A stretch of 64,000 nt of DNA, taken from Adineta vaga. Lineage: Eukaryota; Animalia; Rotifera. This document shows, piece by piece, positions 11,648 to 21,844 of this stretch. A program made the translations under genes and the position numbers. Numbering within the stretch: position 1 is the stretch's first letter; each line of letters begins with the position of its first letter. The notes under the pieces are model-generated. The model did not search any database. It was given only the letters and a program-made list of their open reading frames with translations, and was not told the origin of the DNA. The stretch spans positions 6,448,001-6,512,000 of the forward strand of contig CP075493.1 in NCBI GenBank assembly GCA_021613535.1. The letters run 5' to 3'.

Positions 11648-12836
11648 CTAACTATACAATCTCAACCTGTTTCCTAAAACATTCCGAAAGTATTCTGCTC
11701 GTTCTTTCCCAATTTCATTGCCCCAAAGACTTAGTCTGGTGAGTGCCTATAGACGACAGATAGCATGGACATGTCAACTAGGTGAAGGGCGAATGAATAT
11801 TACCATGTTTGTTCGCAATGCCTCAACAATATGTTGTGCTCCTTGATCCCCGATTTGATTGATCCGGAGATCTAGTGTGGTGAGTGTCTATAGACGAGAG
11901 AGATAGCATAAATGTATCAACTAGGTGAAGAGCGAATGAATATTACCGTGTTTGTTCGCAAGGCATCAACAATATGTTGTGCTCCTCGTTCCCCGATTTG
12001 ATTGTGTCCGAAGTTTAGTGTGGTGAAAGTCTATATATACAATGTATGTGTAAGGCAATCGGAACTTCAAATCAACGCTTTTCAATTAGATGTAGTATTA
12101 TAAAAGAGTTGTCGTTGTGGTGTGTGAAAGAGTTCAGAAAGTGCTTAGTTTGGGTTCATCGAGTAAACAGAAAAATCGTTGCTTGACTGATTATTACTGA
12201 GTTAATGTTTTAATCGTCTCATGAGTAGAGTGAGTACTGTACTGAAGGTAATGATACTTCTTCATTTCAAATGGTTTTGGATTGTTGTTTTTATAGTTGG
12301 TTTGCGAGAGATAGTATTGAATCGAGGCAGAATATGAAACAGTTCACTTTATTTTATTCGGTGTGTTTCAAAGATAGTTCTGGCATTTTTTAGGAGTTGC
12401 AATACAGACATTCGTTTGAAATGGGAAAGGTGATTAATAATTCTGCGGTTTTATTCTTGTGCGGCACATGAGTGCACGTTTAATAAGATTAAAATTGTAT
12501 GGACACGGATAGAAAAGAACAGGTGAGAGGAAGGGTTGTTTTAATAGCATCAGTCAATGTTGTGTTTGATTGACTCGTAGAAATTACTCCGGAATTTTAA
12601 ATGTTTTTTTCTTTGTGTAAACTCATCAAGTTAGATAATGTGGGGCTCATGCGTGCTTGAACAGACGAGAAAATAGTTAAAGCATTTAGGAAACTTACTT
12701 GATAGCGATGATAAATGTTAAGAATTTGATTAAAACGTTGGGAAACATTTTGCATTGAAAAAAATAGTGTAATATTAGTCAGATGATCCAAAATCCGATA
12801 GACAAGTTCGATCGGTAATGGTGAAAATGTGTACAT
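11648..12836 (-). CDS. Small F-box-like + RI/NLRC3-type leucine-rich repeat protein (134 aa), one LRR per exon
   Basis: Exon 12836-12699 MYTFSPLPIELVYRILDHL...HRYQ (F-box-like); 12030-11947 TFTTLNFGHNQIGERGAQHIVDALRTNT; 11887-11804 TLTTLDLRINQIGDQGAQHIVEALRTNM; 11746-11648 ALTRLSLWGNEIGKERAEYF...LYS*. All introns are phase 0, GT-AG. Confidence 0.8.
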
Positions 12837-13325
12837 ATTTTCTTCAGATTCCACAAAAGTTTGTTCAAAATATAAGCTATTGAATATATTTTGTTGCTTA
12901 TGAGAAGAAATTCGCTTTATTACTGAAAATATTTTATTTTTGTTATTGAAAAAAGAGAACGGAATCTGAGATCGAAATAAAATACATTCAAGTTTTAATG
13001 GCCAGAGACCGCCAGTGTCAACGTGATTCACGTTGATGCCGACGACAATAGAGTTACGAAATTGTATGCAGCTTATTTTTTTATTTATTTCGACCGAAGT
13101 CTGACGATTTCAACAAAAGCGAATAGTTAGTTTATATAGAAAGATCGCGTTAATGTATATGTTGAGTATGGAGTTTCGTCTGTTGTGTATGATTATGAGT
13201 GTCAGTATACTCTCAAGGTACGTATTTTTTATTAGTAATTTTTTCGTTTCACAAAAGAGTTCATTTTAAGAAAGGATACTTTTGCACGTGATATTCAACA
13301 AAATTTCAATCAGAAAAGAAAATCT

Positions 13326-13447
13326 TTGAGGGTAGGTATCGATAGTCTATTCTTTTCACGCCCACGCTGCCGGAAGTTTTATAGGATTTGGGGATCCAGG
13401 ATCCGCTTTTTTTCCTTGAACACCCACACCCACAACCACACCCTCAA
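13326..13447. mobile_element. Short MITE-like element
   Basis: 8-bp inverted ends TTGAGGGT...ACCCTCAA with CCCACA-type subterminal repeats; GC-richer than flanks. Confidence 0.45.
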
Positions 13448-14933
13448 TATCAATGAGAGTCGTCATAAAAATATCATTAATGTTTCAAAACACTCAAAAT
13501 GAGCATCTACGTAATAAAACATGAAATATCAGGACATTTTTAAGCAAAAAGGAAAACATGAGAAAAATAAACACGCTGTGGGAATTGCATTCGTCGTAGA
13601 AGATCTTAGTGAAGAAAACAAGGAAGTATTTTTTCTAGTTCATTTTGAATGCATTGAATAAAATTACCTTATAAATACTCTTAAGAAGAATTTACATTTC
13701 AACAGCAGGAATGAGTTTAGAGATGAATTATACAAAAGATTTTGTAAGTGCTAACATCCGTCATGATCGAAGTATTTGATGAAAAAGAATTTCGTTTATT
13801 TCTTGGTTTCGAAAATCAAGAAAAAGATAAAGCAAGAGATTTAACTCAATATGATGCTCAAGCATTTGCTGTACGTAAAAAATCATGTTACTTTGTTGTT
13901 TTTTCTCGAAACGAATTTTAGTCATCTCCAGTAGTTCAAATATTAACATATGAAATTGTTTTAGATGTTGCTGTTGATGATTTTTTTAAAGATCCATATA
14001 GTTATGAAGCTTACACAACAGATATAACTAATGATAAAGATCATAAATATGAGCTTGGATCTGATGTTAGAATTAGTGCATTAGATGTTCCAAAGAAATT
14101 GTTCAATATGATGCAATTGGAGCAATGTTTTATTATGCAGACATGAATCAGAATTTGGATTTTTTCACATTCAGTTTAATTGAAAAAGAACTTTTATTCT
14201 TGCCGAAATGTTTAATTAATTTTTCTCTTTTTAGTTTCTTTTTTTCTTAAATAAATAATCAAATTATTTTCATTATCAGTCACGATTGATGATAATTAGG
14301 AAAAAAGTATGTATTGAACAGCACACAACCGTGTTCAACTTCTGTCTTTCAATAAAGAAAATGAATGAAAAATAGTTGTACAGTGTATGTAGAATTCTAA
14401 CAAATATGATCATTGTTTTATATGCTTCCTTGTAATTCTTATGTTTATTTTATCGAAATAAAAATACAGTAGTGAACAGTACAGTGTGAAAGAGAAAAAA
14501 GAATATCGAATTATTAGAATGCAATGAATCACATCATAGAAGATTTATACAGACACTAAGCAACGAATAGACCATACAAAACTGTTAATTGTTCACTGAT
14601 GTTTGTTTAACCAACTTTGTGTTATGTTTGAATGAAAACTGGACCATTCAGATCTGAAAAACATGGGCATTATTAGTTATTAGAAAAATTATTTCGACTA
14701 ACCTTTTACAATTATCTCTTTTAAACGCATTGTAATACCTTGAATAGATACAGTAAATTTATCCGATGAATATTTGACTTCTTCATTATCTCTATCTTCA
14801 ATTCCAACACATAGATAAAGACTTGATGCCTTGTCGCTTGCAGGTAGATTAATTACGATTGTTTTCGGGAGATAGGAAATATCTTCTGCAAGCAATATTT
14901 TAGAATCACATCCTTCTGTGCTTCCCAAAACTA

Positions 14934-15132
14934 CCCAGGACGATCATTCCGGTGGTCGGAAACGGCGTCTGAAACGACCGAAAACGGTTAGAAAAAAGAA
15001 ATTTACTGCCTTAGTTTTGACCGTATTTCTATACATTTAAGGGTTAACGGATTACGGTGGCGTACTAGTGCCGGTTTTCGCCGTTTTTCCATCGTTTAAG
15101 GCAGTTTACGACGCCGCTTTCTTTCACCTGGG
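14934..15132. mobile_element. ~200-bp MITE with CCCAGG...CCTGGG termini
   Basis: Inverted ends CCCAGG/CCTGGG with TA on the left and GTA on the right; interior rich in inverted AAACGG/CCGTTT-like words; non-coding and GC-rich relative to flanks. Confidence 0.65.
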
Positions 15133-16785
15133 GTAATATTCTTTGATTATTAAAGAATAAATCTTGGCCACTGATATGTTTGATTAGAAAAACTGCACGT
15201 AACATCTAAAGTACAACCAATTAAAGTCATAAATAATACAATAGATTAGTTATTAAATGTAAGAAAATTTCAACTACTTATCTAAATCCAGATATTGAAT
15301 ACAATTTAATATAAAAACCTTGAAAGAAAAAAAGTAAACCAAAAGAATTAACACTAATAGAGACATCGTTTTATGGAGTATATAATCTCATAATTTTCCT
15401 CCTTTTCTATTTGTGGTCAGTTTAAATGAATGGATAATATTTGGAATAAATTCGTTCGTTCTTCTTTTCCTGCAAGTTGAGTATCTGTATGTAATGAATA
15501 ATACTTTTTTGATCTTTTCATGAATAAAACAAAATTTTATTTCGTCTGTGATGACTGCAGGGTCATTGATTTGTTCAGTATAAATGAGAGTCACATAGTT
15601 TGATAATTTAATTTTATGAAAATCGTCGACTATTGATCGATAATAATTGACTGGTTGGTTTTGATTGTTATTCTAAAAAAATTTATTCAGGTTTTGACAC
15701 ATTTTCGTATTTAAAGGAATAATTCTGTAAACGTATTCTGTAAGATTTCTTGATTAAGAGATATTTCAATTTTAAAAAGACAGTCAATTACTTTTCTAAA
15801 ATAGACAAAAGCAAACAGATCATTAATCATATGATACAACATGTTCCTCATATTTCGCTTAATCACCACATTTTTAAAGATAAGAATCGTTCTTCAAGTA
15901 TAATAATTCAGTTCCGAAATGTTATTAGTACTGTGAATGCATCCAGTAACACTGATGAATGATCGACTCTGTTCCTTGTAGTGGTGATAAAATAATAACG
16001 ATAATAATCACTATCGCTTCATCTCAACACATTATGTCTCATATGCACAGTTGTTTCGAATGTTATTCATCCTAGAAAGAAAGTTTTTTTTTCAATAAAA
16101 TATATCAATTAGCTCATGAAAATTATGTTAATAATGATTTAATTGACATAGATTTACTAAACCATTATTCTGGATTTATTCCAATTCATTGTTTCAGAAG
16201 ATTTTCTACTTTCAGATCAATTAATATTTATGTATTTTCACTTTCCAACATATTCTATCTTATTGATAAGCACTACTCGTAATGATCTGTGTCATTTCCA
16301 GAATCATAATCACAGTTTGCTATAAGCTTTTTCAGTCATTCATGGGTAGTTACAGGTATTCATCTATGGATTAATCTCTCTGTAGACTAGTTAAGTCTAC
16401 GGAAGATTATGTCTATGATGAATAACAGCATAGAATGATCGAATGAAGATTAAACTATCTCATCAGATAGCGACAACTGTTGACTTGACACCTATTTGCT
16501 GTGAAGAACAGATCGCCTTCTAACCTATTCGAAAAGAGAAATGACCAGTAATGAAACAGAGCTGGAAACTCCGTCTCCGTTCGTTAGCTTGTCATCTTGA
16601 AATCCAAAAACAGAACCGAAGTAGACCCAGGCAGACTAGCACCCAAAAAGGGCGTATGGGATGTGAGGAATACTAATTTCTATTTTCAATTAAATTTGTA
16701 TCGCAAAAAATCCAGATAGAATGTTTGCTTCTAGACTTAGTCGTTTCACTGTCTGTCAATTGAGAGACGTAAATATTATTTTCCA

Positions 16786-19700
16786 ATGTGGTCAAGATTA
16801 CTGTTAAATAAAAATTACAAAAATGTGTTATTTGTTACAAAGCTCTCGAAATCCATCCAATCCAAGATCGATTTGGGATATCAGATGAAATTATTGAATG
16901 AGAAGAAACAGTTTAAACAATCGATTGATTTATTTGAACATTCGAAAGATCAGAATGTGAAACAGCTTTCAAGTTTCATTATTTGTCAAGCGTTGAAAGC
17001 GTGTGGGCAACTCGGTGATTTACAGCGTGGTTCAAATATTCATCGTTTCATTTCTTCTAGCTCAAGCATTGATCACGTTGTATTAACCGCATTGATTCAG
17101 TTTTACAGTGAGTAAACCGAACAAAAAAATGTCATTAATTTTTGAATGAAATAGTGCAATGCAATGATGTAAAACGTGCTGAATCTGTTTTCACTGAAAT
17201 AGCTAATAAAGCATTATTTCACTATGGAGCGATGATGAAAGGTAAAACGTTTTGCAATATGTGAAAAAATTGTTCTTACCTCTGTTTAGGTTATGTTAAA
17301 CATGGAATGCCTGAAAAAGCAATCAATCTATTTGATCAGATAAACAATCCTAATGATGTTACTATTCTTCTTCTATTCAATGCTTGTGCACAATTGGGTA
17401 ACAAGGATGCATTAGATCGAGTTAAGAATGTTTGGCAAACGATTCCATCCAAATTTTATACAAATACTAATCTAGTAGCATCATTGATCGATGCATTAAT
17501 GAAGTGTGGTGATGTGGAAAATGCACGATCAGTATTTGATTCGTGTAAATCAAAAACAATACATATGTTTGGTGCACTGTGGATGGTTTGTATAAGTTTT
17601 GAATACGAATATAATTAAGTAGTTTTGTTTATCTTCAGGTTATGTCAAAAATGGAATGCCCCAACAGGCGATTAATCTATTCGATCAGATCAAAGCTCCG
17701 GATGATGTTACTATTCTTCTTCTATTCAATGCTTGTGCACAATTGGGTAACAAGGATGCATTAGATCGAGTTAAAAATGTTTGGAAAAGTATTCCATCCA
17801 AATTTTATACAAATACTAATCTAGTAGCATCATTGATCGATGCATTAATGAAGTGTGGTGATGTGGAAAATGCACGATCAGTATTTGATTCGTGTAAATC
17901 AAAAACAATACATATGTTTGGTGCACTAATGGATGGTTTGTATAAGTTTTGAATATGAATGTAATTAAGTAGTGCTGTTTATCTTCAGGTTATGTCAAAA
18001 ATGGCATGCCTCAACAGGCAATTGATATATTCAAGCTAATTAAATATCATGATGTTGTTATTATCACCATTCTCTTGAATGCTTGTGCTCAGCTGGGAAC
18101 GACGGAATCGCTGAACTTAGTGAAATATGTTTGGAAGAGACTTCCACCAGAATTCTCCTCGAATGGCTATGTTCTCTCTTCTGGAATCGATGCATTGATG
18201 AAATGTGGTGATGTAAAAGAGGCAAAATTTGTGTTTGAAAAATCAACAACGAAACATGTAGCTATGTTTGGAGCACTTATGAAAGGTCAGAAATCGTTTA
18301 TGATCGAAAACTAAAAGTGTCATTCTGATGACTTATTTCAGGTTATATTGTTAACGACATGGCACCTAAAGCAATAAGTCTATATAATGAAATTAAAAGT
18401 GGGTTTTTTTGAGGAAGAGAATCTCTCCATGAGAATATTGTATTTGGTGTGCTGATTTAGAAAATAATGCCAACCAATTGAATGACATTCTTCATATACT
18501 TGCAATTAATGCTGCAGCTAAAACTGGAATGCTCTCGCAATGTCAATCGATCGTTAAAGCAATTCCAGTCGAGCTTTTGTCCACTCATAAATTTGCTGCG
18601 GCATTTATTGATATGTGGGTATGACCGCAAACTGTATTTTTTTAAATGTTTAACAAGAGATGTATTTATAAATTTAGGGCAAAGCTGGATCTATTGTAAA
18701 AGCAGAAGAAGTCTTTCAGCAGCATTCACCACTAGATCATGCCGGCTATGGAGCAATGAGTAAGATTTATGCAGAAATTTGCTTAAGAATCTTGTCTTTT
18801 TATTTTTTGTAGTTAATGCTTATGGATTGAATGGAATGGGTTTAAAAGCAGTTGAGCTTTTTCATCGTGTTCCATCCGAATATATTGATGAACCAACCAA
18901 TGTTTGTGTTCTTAATGCTTGCTCACATTCAGGTCTTGTTGACGAAGCTCGATCCATCTTCAACAATATTCAGAACAAAACAGAACGTATATATACTGTC
19001 ATGGTAATGAACGTTATATGTTCTTTGTATCGCTTAATACTCAACTGATCTCTTTTTTTTGCAGGTTGATGTTCTTAGCCGAGCATTTCTTTTTGAAGAA
19101 GCTGAAGCATTGATCAATGAGTATGAACAAACTCATCCACCTTTGTTGCAAATGTATAGTAAGTACATATTTGAGTTTGATTTGAAGATTAATTACGAAT
19201 GATGCGGTTTCAATCGAGAGCTGCTACTCTTTTTCTATGCGTTATCCAACAGTTTTGATAGAATAAAATAATTATTTATGATACCCATTCAGAAACAAAA
19301 ACTAGTTTGAGCGATAAACAGTGCTCATTTAAATGAATAAACTTTCTCTGTTGGTTCCAAATGAGAAAAAACTTCTCTTAACACTAGATCCACTTCTCTT
19401 TAGTTGCAAAAAAAGATTCAAATAAAAATGATTTTCTATCTTGTCTCATCTTTTGTTTAGTGGCGTTATTGTCCGGTGCCAGAAATAGTAGAAACAAGCA
19501 TCTAGGTGAAAAGATGTATCATCAAATGAAAATAATCTTTCCGCAATCATCTGATCCACTGGTGCCAGCTGCAGTACTATTATCAAATATTTATTGTGCA
19601 ACAGGTGATTTAGAGAAAGCATCAGCGATTAAAAATGATTTAATCAAATCAGGTGCAAAAAAACGAGTTGGTTTGACATGGACCGATACTAATGGTGAAA

Positions 19701-20187
19701 TATTCGTAAGTTCATGATCAAGAAAAAGTGTTTCTGTGGATATGAATTTTGTTCTTTTTAGGAATTTCGTGCACATGATCAATCTCATCCACGTTCTGCT
19801 GAAATATATATCGAACTAGAAAAGATCTCAAAAGAACTCATTCAACATGGTCATACATAGACTTCCAGTTGGATCACACGTCCGATACAAGCAGATGAAA
19901 CTGTAGAATCTGTACTTTGTGGGCATAGCGAAAAGCTGGCAATAACATGGAATTTTCTCGCAAATCCCAATACAAAAATGATCCAAGTGACAAAAAACTT
20001 GCGAGCTTGTGGAGATTGTCGTAAGTATTTCTTGGATTTTTGTTTTTATTCTCTAATTATCTATGATATAGATGAAGCAACAAAATTGATTGCTGCGATT
20101 CGTAAATGTCATATCATCGTTCATGATGCGAATCGAATACATCATTTTGGACCTGATGGTGTTTGCTTGTGCAACGATTATTTCTGA
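16786..20187 (+). pseudogene. PLS-class PPR-E-DYW gene, copy 2 (complete locus; 1-nt frameshift at end of exon 3; in-frame TAG at 19858-19860)
   Basis: Exons 16786-17107, 17155-17241, 17290-17585 (296 nt), 17639-17935, 17989-18285, then from 18342 the same 3' exon series as copy 1, ending HSEKLA...CGDCH...CLCNDYF* at 20187. Confidence 0.9.
17290..17988 (+). repeat. Tandem duplication of one PLS exon+intron unit (349/350 nt)
   Basis: 17290-17638 and 17639-17988 are near-identical over most of their length, including the intron (gtttgtataagttttgaata...gtttatcttcag). Confidence 0.9.
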
Positions 20188-21116
20188 ACGATCTCCTTCT
20201 TCATTTTGTATCGGTGCATTTCAGTTTTCTTCCATGTATGATTGAATCTCAATAAAAGAATTTATATTCATTTTTGTTTGTTTGTCGTTTTATTCAAGAT
20301 ATGGATGAGAGTTTGAGTATTCATTGAATACAGAAGTATTTGTTCGTAAGAAAACGCTGGTTTCTTTTCAAGATTTTCAATTGTTTTTATAACTTCTTTA
20401 GGTGTACATTTGGCAAAAATACATTTTTGAATTAATTTCTGAAATAGAAGATAATTCTTTTTAATAGCTTGATATGCTATTTTAATGTAATTAACTGTTG
20501 GATTGGAAAGATAATTATGATTAGATTTATCATATAAATAATCATCAAGATTTTTTGCAAATGTATCAAGAAGTTCGCTTGAATAATTTTCGATATGTAT
20601 AACAACTTCTTCTTCAATTTCATATTTATTAGCATAATTCTTATCCCAATGATATAATGTTTTTTCTAAGAAAAAATTGTATTCTTTTCCATAAGTTAAA
20701 ATTCATTTTCTTCCAATAAATTTATTGTTACTTGAGATGTTGGAAGAGATTTTTGTACAATTATTCAACAAAAAGCAGCTCTTATTATAATCACATCCGG
20801 TAATGATGAATTGAAAATATTTTCAAGTGATTGATTTAATTCATTTGAAATCTTTTGTTTTCTATTCGATTTTGGTGTTGAAATATAGATAATTTCCAAA
20901 TGTAAGTAAACAAATATTTAAAACATTAGATGAATATGACCCTTCAGTAATCAATTGCAAAGCAGCATAATATGCAAAATATTTTAAAGATTTATCTGTT
21001 TGATACTCAGAATATTTTTCCATCTCTGATAAAGTATTTGATTCAATTATTAAATAACAAGAAATATTTTCAATAATTTTTGAAAGATTTTTCTTAATTG
21101 ATAAATTTAAATAATT
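18342..21116 (+). repeat. Segmental direct repeat, unit B
   Basis: Near-identical to 1366-4200; ends at ...ttaaataatt (21116). Confidence 0.95.
20290..21116 (-). pseudogene. Duplicated 3' fragment of the NACHT pseudogene
   Basis: Copy of 3374-4200; the NTPase core is not included. Confidence 0.75.
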
Positions 21117-21844
21117 CGTTATCCATTTTTCATTCTAATTCTTCTCACCTCATTCTTGATCCATATATACTTTCTCATACGATTCCATGACAGATGCTCC
21201 CGAGGACCAGATCAAGTCCCAATCAAAAGCAAAACTTACTCTCTGTGTCGCCCACACACATCTTGTTAATCAAAAGTTAAGGAAAACAAAAAGAAAAAGA
21301 AACATATGAATGCATATCACATTCGTACCCGTGCATACGAGATTGACATATATAATTATGGAGCATGCACAAGTGAAAAATTTCAGAAAAAGAAAACGAA
21401 CACATAACAATACAAACAAAGAAAAACTCATCACATTGATTTAGTTATATCTGAGAGCACAGAAGAAGACAAAGAAAATATGACAAGAGAAACAAGGAAA
21501 AGAAACGAAATGCAAAACTCGAGCAATACCATTAAATGTGGCACAAGTAGAAAAATTAGACACCGAATTTTTCTTGTTCTTGAAATCACCTCCAAGAACA
21601 CATGAAACCGGTTGTCAGAAGACAAGAAAAAATAAAGGAATGTAACGAAAAACATATATTGATCATTCAGATAAATATATATATATATATATGTGTATAG
21701 ATAGATAGTATATGTGTGTTGCACGAACAAACACTATCATTCGATAAACGTAAACGGAAAGTATGTTGATTGTATTATATACAAAAAAGAAACGAAAAAG
21801 GAAAATGAAAAAGCAAAAATTGATTTGTTTTTTGTTTTTTCTCA

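Noticed and set aside
11747-12030. ~142-nt periodic repeats as a CRISPR-like array
   Set aside because: The units are LRR exons plus introns with GT-AG boundaries; there are no unique spacers or cas genes, and the context is eukaryotic.
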